32,000 bases of DNA from contig JAFCEL010000001.1 in assembly GCA_017609205.1 (NCBI GenBank), positions 390,001 through 422,000 of the forward strand, read 5' to 3'. This document shows positions 23,750-32,000 of the stretch, one piece after another. The position numbers and the translations under genes are program-made. A model generated the notes under the pieces. It was not told where the DNA came from. It saw nothing but the letters and a program-made list of their open reading frames with translations, and searched no databases. Numbering within the stretch: position 1 is the first letter of the stretch; the number at the start of each line of letters is the position of its first letter. Source of the DNA: Candidatus Saccharimonadota bacterium (GTDB lineage Archaea; Nanobdellota; Nanobdellia; Pacearchaeales; GW2011-AR1).

Positions 23750-25207
23750 ATGAAAAAAGAAAAAATAACAATAGAAGAGCTTGCTAATTTTTGTAGGAGA
23801 AAAGGTTTTGTGTTTCAGAGTTCTGATATTTATGGAGGATTTGCAGGTTTTTGGGATTTTGGTCCTTTAGGAGTGGAGTTATTCAATAATATTAAGTCCT
23901 GCTGGTGGAACTTTTTTGTCCAGCAAAAAGAGAATATGATTGGAATTGAAGCGAGTATTATTTCTCACCCTAAGACATGGAAGGCTTCAGGACATCTTGA
24001 TAGTTTTAAGGATCTCGCGGTTGTTTGTAAAAATTGTAAAAAATCAACAAAACTTGATCCTAATGAATTTGGAAAGATTAACTGTGTTTGTGGAGGAGAG
24101 TATGAAAAAAAGGGAGAATTTAATCTGTTGTTTAAGACGAATGTTGGGGCTTTAAGTTCTGAGGATGCTTATCTTCGAGGAGAAACTGCTCAAGGGATGT
24201 TCTTGAATTTTAAATTATTATATCAAACTTCAAGAATGCAATTACCTTTTGGTGTTGCTCAAATTGGAAGATGTTTTAGAAATGAGATAGCACCTCGGGA
24301 TTTTTTATTCCGAAGCCGAGAATTTCATATTGGGGAATTTGAGTTTTTTTTACGACCTGACGATAAGAAATGTGATCTTTTAACAAAGAAACATCTTGAT
24401 TTAGAATTTGATTTCTTGGATTCTGAAACCCAGGAAAAAGGAAGTGATAAACTAAGAAAACTCTCTATGAAGGATTTGTTGGGGAGTGGGAAACTTGAAG
24501 AATGGCATGCTTATTGGCTTGCTGAGCAGATTATGTGGTTTAAGTCTTTAGGTTTAGAGGAGATTAAGATAAGAGAACATACTAAAGATGAATTATCTCA
24601 TTATTCTTCTGCTACGTTTGATATCGATTATGAATATCCTTTTGGAAGCAAGGAAGTGGCTGGAAATGCAAATAGAGGACAATATGATCTAACTCAACAC
24701 GAAAAAGAAAGCAAAAAAAATATGAGTATTTTTGACGAGAAATCAGGAAAAAACATTATCCCAAAAGTTATTGAGCCAACATTTGGAATGGAAAGGGTTT
24801 TTTTAGCATTATTAACCAAGGGTTATAGTAGAAATTCAAAAGGAGATATTGTCTTAAGATTGCCCAGGAAACTGGCACCTGTTAAAGCAGCTGTTTTTCC
24901 GATTGTTAAGAACAAAGAAGAGTTTGTTAAATTGTCGAGAGAGGTTTATGATCTTTTAAAGAAGGAGTGGAATGTTAGTTATGATATTTCTGGTTCTATT
25001 GGTAGAAGATATGCTCGTAATGATGAAATAGGAACACCTTATTGTATTACTATCGATGGGGATTCTTTGAAGAATAAGGATGTTACTATTCGCGATAGGG
25101 ATACTACAAAGCAAATTAGAGTTAAGATTTCTGAATTAAAGAATATTCTTAGAGAATTGATTAATGAGGATATTAAATTTGAAGATGCAGGCGAATTAAT
25201 AAAATGA
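23750..25207 (+). CDS. glyS: Glycyl-tRNA synthetase (archaeal/eukaryotic alpha2 type)
   Basis: LANFCRRKGFVFQSSDIYGGFAGFWDFGPLGVEL..., class II motif 2 region QIGRCFRNEIAPRDFLFRSREFHIGEFEFF, motif 3 region VIEPTFGMERVFLALL, and a C-terminal anticodon-binding domain. ATG 23750 is preferred over the TTG at 23708. Confidence 0.9.
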   Translation: MKKEKITIEELANFCRRKGFVFQSSDIYGGFAGFWDFGPLGVELFNNIKSCWWNFFVQQKENMIGIEASIISHPKTWKASGHLDSFKDLAVVCKNCKKSTKLDPNEFGKINCVCGGEYEKKGEFNLLFKTNVGALSSEDAYLRGETAQGMFLNFKLLYQTSRMQLPFGVAQIGRCFRNEIAPRDFLFRSREFHIGEFEFFLRPDDKKCDLLTKKHLDLEFDFLDSETQEKGSDKLRKLSMKDLLGSGKLEEWHAYWLAEQIMWFKSLGLEEIKIREHTKDELSHYSSATFDIDYEYPFGSKEVAGNANRGQYDLTQHEKESKKNMSIFDEKSGKNIIPKVIEPTFGMERVFLALLTKGYSRNSKGDIVLRLPRKLAPVKAAVFPIVKNKEEFVKLSREVYDLLKKEWNVSYDISGSIGRRYARNDEIGTPYCITIDGDSLKNKDVTIRDRDTTKQIRVKISELKNILRELINEDIKFEDAGELIK

Positions 25208-25311
25208 ATTTGATAAAAAAGAAATTCTTGCTGGATTTTGATTGTAGTTCATCTTTTTTTAAATCTCAAATGGATTACGTCAGTATTGAAGAAAAGGATA
25301 TAAGGGAAATC

Positions 25312-25320
25312 TTTTAAATA
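25312..25320 (+). promoter_or_regulatory. TATA box for the HIT gene
   Basis: TTTTAAATA is centred ~24 nt upstream of ATG 25340. Confidence 0.4.
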
Positions 25321-25339
25321 ATGACATTCTTTTTTATCT

Positions 25340-25693
25340 ATGGAGGATTGTGTTTTTTGTAAAATTATTAAGGGAGAGATTCCTTGTGAAAAGGTGTGGG
25401 AAAATGAAAATTTTATTGCTTTCTTAGATGCTAATCCTGTTGGAGAAGGGCATACTCTTGTTATTCCAAAGCAACATTTTGAGACTCTTTTAAGTTTAGA
25501 TGAAAAATTTTCTTCAGGATATATTCAGGCTTTGCAGGAAGTTGGAAAGGTTTTAAGGGATAAATATAATAGCGAGGGGTTTAATGTGATTTTAAATAAT
25601 GGAAAAGCAGCAGGACAAATTGTTGAGCATGTGCATTTCCATTTACTTCCTAGAAAAAAAGGAGATAACAAAAGAGGTTTTTTTATTGCCTAA
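25340..25693 (+). CDS. HIT (histidine triad) family nucleotide hydrolase
   Basis: CVFCKII N-terminus and the histidine triad HVHFHLLPR. Confidence 0.9.
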   Translation: MEDCVFCKIIKGEIPCEKVWENENFIAFLDANPVGEGHTLVIPKQHFETLLSLDEKFSSGYIQALQEVGKVLRDKYNSEGFNVILNNGKAAGQIVEHVHFHLLPRKKGDNKRGFFIA

Positions 25694-25700
25694 TCTCGAA

Positions 25701-25773
25701 TGGCTGCTCTGGGAGTTGAACCCAGGACCTCGAGCTCATGAGACTCGCGCTCTACCAACTGAGCTAAGCAGCC
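25701..25773 (-). tRNA. tRNA with anticodon CAT (elongator Met or Ile2-type; not initiator-like)
   Basis: The minus strand reads GGCTGCT TA GCTC AGTTGGTA GAGC G CGAGT CTCATGA GCTCG AGGTC CTGGG TTCAACT CCCAG AGCAGCC A. The G1-C72 pair and the absence of a GGG/CCC anticodon stem argue against an initiator. Confidence 0.8.
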
Positions 25774-25822
25774 ACCTTTAGGAATCGGAAATAATTTAAA
25801 AAGTTTCTTCTACTTATTTAAA

Positions 25823-26029
25823 ATGGTTAATGGAGCTATAATTACGTCTATTCCTCAAGAAGTTATTCAAAATTTAACAAAAGTGATTGGTGCACTTGGA
25901 GGTGTAATCTTTCTTTATCTCATTTTTAATGTCATTAATTTCCTTTTAAATCGAAAAAGAGCAAAAGAGATTAAAAATATTAATAGAAAATTGAATGAGA
26001 TAAAATCTCTCCTTGAAAATAAGAAGTAA
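25823..26029 (+). CDS. Small hypothetical single-pass membrane protein
   Basis: 68-aa ORF with one hydrophobic helix (VIGALGGVIFLYLIFNVINFLL) and a basic coiled tail. Confidence 0.35.
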   Translation: MVNGAIITSIPQEVIQNLTKVIGALGGVIFLYLIFNVINFLLNRKRAKEIKNINRKLNEIKSLLENKK

Positions 26030-26032
26030 TCT

Positions 26033-26227
26033 TTAGGATATTTTTTCTTTTCTTTCTCTTTTCTTTAGTCTTGCAATATATCCTGCTATTTGGTTTCTAA
26101 CTTTTTTGCTTGGAGAAATATTTTTTAATATCTTCTTGTTTTTCTCAAAGCTTTCACTAAACTCTATATCTTTTTCTATTAAAGCTTGTGCAGCCTTCTT
26201 TATTGTCTTGGTTTTTATTTTTCCCAT
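26033..26227 (-). CDS. rps17e: 30S ribosomal protein S17e (eS17)
   Basis: MGKIKTKTIKKAAQALIEK...FEKNKKIL...KVRNQIAGYIARL, ~64 aa, the typical archaeal S17e pattern. Confidence 0.85.
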   Translation of the reverse strand: MGKIKTKTIKKAAQALIEKDIEFSESFEKNKKILKNISPSKKVRNQIAGYIARLKKRERKEKIS

Positions 26228-26280
26228 ACAAAAGATGATAAAATGGTTATTTAAAAGTTTTTGTAATCTATACTAAAAGC

Positions 26281-27729
26281 TCATTTTCCTTCGGGCTTCA
26301 TAAAAGGGAACATAATTACATCCCTTATTGATTGTTGATTCGTGAAGAGCATGATTAATCTCTCAATCCCGATTCCTACTCCGCATGCAGGAGGCATTCC
26401 GTGTTCTAATGCAGTTATGAAGTCTTTGTCTGTTTCCATTGCTTCAATATTTCCTCTTTTTCTATCTTCTTCCTGTTCTTTAAAATGTTCTGCTTGAAGT
26501 GTGGGGTCATTTAGTTCAGAATATGCTCTTCCTAGTTCCATTCCTCCAATGAATGGCTGAAAAATCTCTGCTTTTGTTGGATCACCTCTTTTTGGCTTTG
26601 CAAGAGGAGCAAGTTCAATAGGATAGTCAATTAAAAAAGTTGGCTGAACCAGTTTTTCTCTGAATAGCTTCATCAATTCGTCAGCAATATTCCCTTTAGT
26701 AATTTTGTTTGAATCAATGCTGTATTTTTCTGCAATTTTCTTTGCTTCTTTGTCTGTTTTAATTTTATTAATATCTTCTCCCAAGTATTTTTTAATAGCC
26801 CCTGTTAATGTTATTCTCTTCCATTTTGTTAAATCAATTTTTTTCCCTTGGTATTCAAAATTTAATCTTCCAAAGAGGTTTTTTGCAATTGCTTTTATTA
26901 ATTCTTCAAAGAGAATCATGCCGTCATTATAATCTGCATAAGATTGGTACCATTCAAGGGTCATATGCTCTGGGTTGTGGTGTTTATCTGCTCCTTCATT
27001 TCTGAATTTTTTTGTTATTTCATAGACTCTGTCAAATCCTCCAACGAGGGCTTTTTTCAGAAATAATTCAGGAGCAATACTCAAATATAAATCAATATTA
27101 TATGCATTGCAGTAAGTTTTAAATGGTTTTGCCATAGCTCCTCCGTAAATTGTTTGTAGCAAAGGTGTTTCAATTTCAATAAACCCTTTTTTTTTCATAA
27201 ATTCTCTCATTATACCTAAAATCTTTTCTCTGGTTTCAAAGATTTCTCTAACCTTAGGATTCATTGTTAGGTCTAAGTATCTCTTTCTATAACGCTCTTC
27301 TTTGTCCTGCAAGCCATGGAATTTCTCAGGCAAAGGTAGAATGCTTTTCGTTAGTAATTCTATTTTTTTTACAAGTATAGAAGTTTCTCCTGTCTTGGTT
27401 TTGATAATCTTTCCTTCGACACCTATAATATCTCCAATGTCTGTGTATTTCTTGAAAAATTTCATGTCTCTTTCAGGAGTGTTTTTTGATTGGAAAACAA
27501 TTTGAACTTGTCCTGAAAAATCTTGCAATTTCGCAAAAGTAATCTTTCCTAATTCTCTTTTCGTCATTAAACGCCCAGCAGTTTTCACTGAAGTTCCTAA
27601 TTTCTTTTTTAAGCATTTTTCAACACAGAATTTCTTATCAAATCTATAAGCATAAGGTTCAATTCCTTTTTCCCTTAATTCTTTTATTTTTCTCAGCCTC
27701 TCCTTAATTATTTGTTGTTCTCGTCCCAT
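26281..27729 (-). CDS. lysS: Lysyl-tRNA synthetase, class II
   Basis: N-terminal OB anticodon-binding domain (GRLMTKRELGKITFAKLQDFSGQVQIVF). Class II core motifs: FIEIETPLLQ, ITKKFRNEGADKHHNPEHMTLEWYQ, and GMPPACGVGIGIERLIMLFT (motif 3). Confidence 0.9.
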   Translation of the reverse strand: MGREQQIIKERLRKIKELREKGIEPYAYRFDKKFCVEKCLKKKLGTSVKTAGRLMTKRELGKITFAKLQDFSGQVQIVFQSKNTPERDMKFFKKYTDIGDIIGVEGKIIKTKTGETSILVKKIELLTKSILPLPEKFHGLQDKEERYRKRYLDLTMNPKVREIFETREKILGIMREFMKKKGFIEIETPLLQTIYGGAMAKPFKTYCNAYNIDLYLSIAPELFLKKALVGGFDRVYEITKKFRNEGADKHHNPEHMTLEWYQSYADYNDGMILFEELIKAIAKNLFGRLNFEYQGKKIDLTKWKRITLTGAIKKYLGEDINKIKTDKEAKKIAEKYSIDSNKITKGNIADELMKLFREKLVQPTFLIDYPIELAPLAKPKRGDPTKAEIFQPFIGGMELGRAYSELNDPTLQAEHFKEQEEDRKRGNIEAMETDKDFITALEHGMPPACGVGIGIERLIMLFTNQQSIRDVIMFPFMKPEGK

Positions 27730-27795
27730 AAAGAATAAAAAGAATTTTAGTTTAAATATCTTTTAGTTTTATCCTCGCTTACAGCTAATTAATTT

Positions 27796-28224
27796 TTATT
27801 TGTAATATTTCTTTTTCCAAAAGCCTCTTTTATTTAGTTCTTTGTTTAGAATTTCGTCTGTAATTTTTTGAAAATAATTCCATCTTGGCACGTGCTTATA
27901 TTTTATTTGATTAAATTCCTCCTGTAATTTCTGAACTTTTAGGAAAAGTGGAAGGAGCCGGGGATTTTTGACTTTATATTTTCCTAATAATTGGTTGATG
28001 ACAAGTTCAGAGTCAAGGTAGCAAGTTATCTTGTCTTTTGTGAATCTAGTTGCAAGTTCAAGGGCTTTGATTAATGCTTCATATTCTGCGATATTATTTG
28101 TAACTTGTTGTCCTATAAATGCGCTATATTTTGTAAGAATTGTTTTTTTATTCCTGATAATTACTCCAATTGCACCTGGTCCAGGATTTCCACGACATCC
28201 ACCATCGGAGTTAGTGTATATCAT
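27796..28224 (-). CDS. rnhA: Ribonuclease HI (type 1 RNase H)
   Basis: IYTNSDGGCRGNPGPGAIGVII...TNNIAEYEALIKALELA...YLDSELVINQL contains the DEDD-type RNase H1 motifs. Confidence 0.85.
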   Translation of the reverse strand: MIYTNSDGGCRGNPGPGAIGVIIRNKKTILTKYSAFIGQQVTNNIAEYEALIKALELATRFTKDKITCYLDSELVINQLLGKYKVKNPRLLPLFLKVQKLQEEFNQIKYKHVPRWNYFQKITDEILNKELNKRGFWKKKYYK

Positions 28225-28282
28225 TGAAAAAAAATTTCTTGAACTTTAAATAAAATTTGTGTCACTTAGAGGTTAGTTAAGG

Positions 28283-28558
28283 TTAAATATGCAGCATTTT
28301 AAAATTACGAAAATCCTGAAAAGTTTCTGGCTTTATTTCAACTTTTCTAATCTGTGCGTGACGTGGTCCTTTTTTACATAATTCAATCATCTTATTTACT
28401 TTATCTGCGTCACCTTCTAGAAAGACTTCTACTCTCCCATCTTCGAGATTTCGCACAAAACCCCTGACATCTAATTTTTCTGCATTCTGTTTGACGAATA
28501 ATCGAAAAAAGACTCCTTGAACAGTTCCAGTAATATAGAGGCGGACTGATTTTTTCAT
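28283..28558 (-). CDS. acyP: Acylphosphatase
   Basis: 91 aa. ITGTVQGVFFRLFVKQNAEKLDVRGFVRNLEDGRVEV carries the acylphosphatase signatures VxGxVQGVxFR and GWVRN-like. Confidence 0.9.
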   Translation of the reverse strand: MKKSVRLYITGTVQGVFFRLFVKQNAEKLDVRGFVRNLEDGRVEVFLEGDADKVNKMIELCKKGPRHAQIRKVEIKPETFQDFRNFKMLHI

Positions 28559-28590
28559 ATGTGAGATAATGTTTAATACTTTATTAAATT

Positions 28591-29172
28591 TTATATCCTT
28601 CTGTTGTCTAACTCATTATTCACAACAGCAATAACCTGCGATGCAAAATACATTTTGGGTCCTATGGAGATTAGTGTTGCTATTTCTTTTAGCCTTCGCA
28701 ATTCTTTTTTTGGAAGTCCGTCATGGTCTCCAATAATAAAGACGCAATTTTCATTTATTTTTGCTTTGCGAATATTCACACCTCTTTTATCTAGTATGAA
28801 TATTTTGTTTTTCTTTTTACTTAATTCTTCAATAACTTTCAAGAAACTTTTTTTCTCAATAAAGCATCCTGGAAGCACTTCTCTTTTTTCTCCTTGTTTG
28901 TATTTATATAGAAGTTTTTGTATAATTTTTGCGATATCTTTTTTATTTATTGGTGTATCTTTTTTGATTTGTATTTCTATATGCTTTGGTGGATCAGGCA
29001 TTCCATAGAAAATCATATGGAATATGACATCTTTTCTAAAATCATGAGAAAGAAATAATCCTTGGATTAGTGAATGAATCGCAATATCCATGCGTCCTGC
29101 TTTCATCAAGTCTCCTGATAATGCTTTTCCACTTGTCGCTGCTTTTGCTGAGAAATATATAAAGTGTCTCAT
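28591..29172 (-). CDS. trmY: tRNA (pseudouridine54-N1)-methyltransferase TrmY (SPOUT, DUF358)
   Basis: MRHFIYFSAKAATSG...GRMDIAIHSLIQGLFLSHDFRKDVIFHMIFYGMPDPPKHIEI resembles the Mj1640/TrmY family as I remember it. Confidence 0.7.
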   Translation of the reverse strand: MRHFIYFSAKAATSGKALSGDLMKAGRMDIAIHSLIQGLFLSHDFRKDVIFHMIFYGMPDPPKHIEIQIKKDTPINKKDIAKIIQKLLYKYKQGEKREVLPGCFIEKKSFLKVIEELSKKKNKIFILDKRGVNIRKAKINENCVFIIGDHDGLPKKELRRLKEIATLISIGPKMYFASQVIAVVNNELDNRRI

Positions 29173-29222
29173 AGAAAAAGAAGAAGTAAGAGGTTATTAA
29201 ATTTTTATATTATTCCTACAGT

Positions 29223-30107
29223 TTATTTTTTGTTCGTTATTTCTTGCATAACGAATTCTGGTTTGGCAAAAATATCCTTATCATTAATGACCCTGTACAT
29301 TCCAACGAATCTTTTATTGCAAAAAATACCAATTATTTCTTCTTTCTTTAATCTCTCGTCTTTTTTTAGATCTTTTTTATAAATCAGTTTTCCAGTTAAG
29401 ATTTTTTTTAGGTTATCTTCCTTAATTTGCACAATAGAATAAACTTTTTTTACAATTTCTTCAGCAGGGATTATAATTTCTTTTAGAAATTTGTCATTGC
29501 CTTTTTTATATTCTTCAACAGCTTTTTCAAAATCATATAGATTTATAGATTTGTTTTCATTGAATATTCCGGCACGTGTTCTGCGAAGTTCAAGCATATG
29601 TGCTCCAGTACCAAGTTCTTTTCCTAAATCGTCAATCAATTTTCGTATATAAGTTCCACCCTCAACTTCTGCAATAAATAGAATATCTTTTCCTTTCTGT
29701 TCTAATAATCTAAATTTTTTAATTTCTCTTTCTCTTTCTCGTCGTGCAACACGCGAACGTACAGGAGGTATTTGTTTTATTTTTCCTATGAATTTTTTAT
29801 TAATAACTTCCTGAATTCTGTTTAGTTCAGTTTCTTTGTGAAATCTCATAATCCCGACGTATTCTTTATCATGTCCTATGAAATAACCAGTTAATTTACA
29901 TGCTCTGTTTAAAGCAATAGGTAAAACTCCTGTAACTTTTGGATCTAGTGTTCCAAAATGGCTTGTTTTTCTAAGTCCTAATCTTTTTTTTACAAATTCT
30001 GAAATCTTAAAACTTGTCGGTCCAGAGGGTTTATCAATGTTTATGATACCGAATTCAAGGAGTTCTTCTGTTGATTTTTTTTGCTTAAGTTTTTCTATGT
30101 TTATCAT
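29223..30107 (-). CDS. cbf5: tRNA/rRNA pseudouridine synthase Cbf5 (TruB family, H/ACA RNP catalytic subunit) with a C-terminal PUA-like region
   Basis: INIDKPSGPTSFKISEFVKKRLGLRKTSHFGTLDPKVTGVLPIAL contains the catalytic Asp motif GTLDP. YIRKLIDDLG also fits. ATG 30107 is preferred over the TTG at 30125 because of its spacing to the shared TATA box. Confidence 0.85.
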   Translation of the reverse strand: MINIEKLKQKKSTEELLEFGIINIDKPSGPTSFKISEFVKKRLGLRKTSHFGTLDPKVTGVLPIALNRACKLTGYFIGHDKEYVGIMRFHKETELNRIQEVINKKFIGKIKQIPPVRSRVARREREREIKKFRLLEQKGKDILFIAEVEGGTYIRKLIDDLGKELGTGAHMLELRRTRAGIFNENKSINLYDFEKAVEEYKKGNDKFLKEIIIPAEEIVKKVYSIVQIKEDNLKKILTGKLIYKKDLKKDERLKKEEIIGIFCNKRFVGMYRVINDKDIFAKPEFVMQEITNKK

Positions 30108-30128
30108 AGAATCTCTATTCTGCAAATG

Positions 30129-30138
30129 TTTATAAATA
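30129..30138. promoter_or_regulatory. Single near-palindromic TATA box shared by divergent cbf5 and glmS
   Basis: TTTATAAATA sits in a 50-nt divergent intergenic spacer, ~26 nt from ATG 30107 (minus strand) and ~25 nt from ATG 30158 (plus strand). Confidence 0.4.
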
Positions 30139-30157
30139 TTTTAATTTTCAGTTTCTA

Positions 30158-31933
30158 ATGTGTGGGATTATAGGATATTGGAATCAAGAAAAAGATGCAT
30201 GTCCAATAATTATTGAGTCCTTAAAAAAATTGGAATACAGAGGGTATGATAGTTTTGGATTTGCAATTGTATTGAATAATAAATTATCTGTAGAAAGAAA
30301 AACAGGAAAAGTAAGTTCTACAGAATATCAAAATTTTCCTGGAGTAATTGGTATTGGTCATACAAGATGGGCAACTCATGGAAAAATAACTGAGAATAAT
30401 GCACATCCTCATAGAGATTGTTTTATGAAAATAGCAGTTGTTCATAATGGTATTATTGAAAATTATCAAGAAATAAAAAATCAATTATCTAAAAAAGGCC
30501 ATAATTTCTTGAGTGAGACAGATACTGAAGTAATTCCTCATTTAATTGAAGAAAACATTAGAAATGGATTAGATTTTAAAGAGGCTGTAATGGATGTTTG
30601 CCCTTTATTGCAGGGAAGAAATTCTTTTATTGCTTTGAGTTCTGATCAGGAGATGATTGCTTTTAGAAATGGGTCTCCTCTTATTTTAGGTGTGAAAAAA
30701 AACAATAAAATTCCAGAAATTTTCATAGCATCAGATATCCAAGGATTCTTAGATGAAACAAGAGATGTAATCTACTTAGATGATAATCAAATAGCCATAA
30801 TTAAAGAGAATTTGGAATTTTATGATATTAATACTAAAAAAAGAATTGAAAAAAGATTAATCAGACTGGATATTGATTTAAAAGAAGCTGAAAAAGGATC
30901 TTATCCTCATTTTATGCTAAAAGAAATTATGGAGCAGAAAAAAGCTTTGAGGAGAGCAATAAACCAGGATGACAAAAATTTAATGCATCTCGCTAGAGAG
31001 ATTAATGAGGCTAAAGGAATTTTTTTTATTGGATGTGGGACTGCTGCAAAAGTATGTCATATTGCAGAATATATTTTTTCAAAAATTGCAAACAAACATG
31101 TAAATTTTGTTCAGGCATCTGAGTTTGAGAATTATAATCACTTTCTAATTCCAGAAACATTAGTAATTGCAATTTCTCAGAGTGGAGAAACTGCAGATGT
31201 TTTAGAATCTTTAGAAATTGCTAAAAAAAGAAAATCAAAAATAATCTCAATAACTAATACTAAGCAGTCTTCGCTTGATAAAATCTCTGATTATACTTTT
31301 TTTATAAATGCAGGAATAGAGAAAGCAGTAGCATCTACAAAAGCAACAACTTCTCAATTAATTGTTGTTCTTTTATTAGCTTATGCATGTGCTGGAAGGC
31401 TTGAAGAAGGAAAAAGAATTTTAATAGATTTAATTGGAAAAGTTAATGATATGTTAAATCCTCGTTATGAATTGCATATAAAAAAATTGGCAGAAAAAAT
31501 TTATCAGGAAGAAAATATTTTTATTATAGGACGGGGAATAAATTACCCTCTCTCTTTAGAATCTGCAATTAAAATTATGGAAGTGAGTTATATCCATGCT
31601 CAGGGTTTTGCAGGAGGAGAATTAAAACATGGGCCAATAGCTTTAATTAAAAAAGACTCTCCAGTTATAGTTCTCATGTCAAATGATGAATCAAAAAAAG
31701 AAATAATAAGTAATGCAATAGAAGTAAAATCCCGAGGAGCTTATGTGATTGGAGTTTCTCCTGAGAATAATCCTATTTTTGATTATTGGATTAAAACACC
31801 AAATGTAGAAGCAGAAACTTCACCCATTGTTAATTTAATTCCAATCCAGCTTTTAGCATATTATTTGGGAATTTTAAAAGGGTGTGATGTGGATTATCCT
31901 CGTTCTTTAGCTAAATCTGTGACTGTGAAATAA
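30158..31933 (+). CDS. glmS: Glutamine--fructose-6-phosphate aminotransferase (isomerizing)
   Basis: MCGIIGY N-terminal nucleophile of the Ntn amidotransferase domain, two SIS domains (SQSGETADVL), and a C-terminal AKSVTVK-type ending. Confidence 0.95.
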   Translation: MCGIIGYWNQEKDACPIIIESLKKLEYRGYDSFGFAIVLNNKLSVERKTGKVSSTEYQNFPGVIGIGHTRWATHGKITENNAHPHRDCFMKIAVVHNGIIENYQEIKNQLSKKGHNFLSETDTEVIPHLIEENIRNGLDFKEAVMDVCPLLQGRNSFIALSSDQEMIAFRNGSPLILGVKKNNKIPEIFIASDIQGFLDETRDVIYLDDNQIAIIKENLEFYDINTKKRIEKRLIRLDIDLKEAEKGSYPHFMLKEIMEQKKALRRAINQDDKNLMHLAREINEAKGIFFIGCGTAAKVCHIAEYIFSKIANKHVNFVQASEFENYNHFLIPETLVIAISQSGETADVLESLEIAKKRKSKIISITNTKQSSLDKISDYTFFINAGIEKAVASTKATTSQLIVVLLLAYACAGRLEEGKRILIDLIGKVNDMLNPRYELHIKKLAEKIYQEENIFIIGRGINYPLSLESAIKIMEVSYIHAQGFAGGELKHGPIALIKKDSPVIVLMSNDESKKEIISNAIEVKSRGAYVIGVSPENNPIFDYWIKTPNVEAETSPIVNLIPIQLLAYYLGILKGCDVDYPRSLAKSVTVK

Positions 31934-31999
31934 TTAAACTCTTCCTTTTAGATATTCTTTTCTTTTAGTTTCTTCAAATTTTTCAATAGCATATCTTAA
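31934..31999 (-). CDS. 3' end of an unidentified minus-strand CDS running out of the window
   Basis: The minus-strand frame reads ...LRYAIEKFEETKRKEYLKGRV* and is open to the window edge. Only 21 codons are visible. Confidence 0.25.
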   Translation of the reverse strand, partial: LRYAIEKFEETKRKEYLKGRV

Positions 32000-32000
32000 T

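Noticed and set aside
25599-25781. ORF 25599..25781 (+)
   Set aside because: It starts out of frame inside the HIT gene and runs across the minus-strand tRNA(CAT). Spurious.
1-32000. CRISPR arrays, rRNA genes, transposases or IS elements
   Set aside because: No regularly spaced 25-40-nt repeats, no rRNA-like conserved stretches and no transposase- or integrase-like ORF were seen on either strand.

Overview
AT-rich (roughly 30% GC by eye) archaeal chromosome segment. The gene set points to a small-genome, DPANN-like archaeon (inference, no search run): TFB, Sm/LSm, ribosomal proteins S3Ae, L44e, S8e and S17e, Cbf5, TrmY, a GINS-like protein, archaeal-type ApgM, and tRNAs with short anticodon-loop introns. 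Positions ~7280-32000 are mostly compact housekeeping DNA: ftsY, apgM, glyS, class II lysS, rnz, rnhA, glmS and seven tRNA genes. TATA boxes sit ~25 nt upstream of start codons, so mRNAs are probably leaderless. That stretch is interrupted by a translationally coupled pair of very large secreted or surface proteins (13269-20098), bracketed by tRNA genes and a tRNA-Leu 3' fragment. Positions 1-7279 look accessory. Two small membrane-protein ORFs are separated by copies of a GC-rich (~50% GC), CTTCG-rich, imperfectly palindromic repeat that ends in ACTTCGTTAAAT; its core motifs fit the integron attC consensus RYYYAAC/GTTRRRY. Next to them lies an oppositely oriented three-gene operon, bracketed by perfect 13-bp and 11-bp inverted repeats: wHTH-fused minimal nucleotidyltransferase, a HEPN-like protein, and a 1503-aa DUF4011/SF1B helicase with an endonuclease-like domain. 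I consider this operon and its cassette-like context the best candidate for an undescribed defence or mobile system. All domain assignments come from motif recognition by eye. No CRISPR array, rRNA or transposase was seen.
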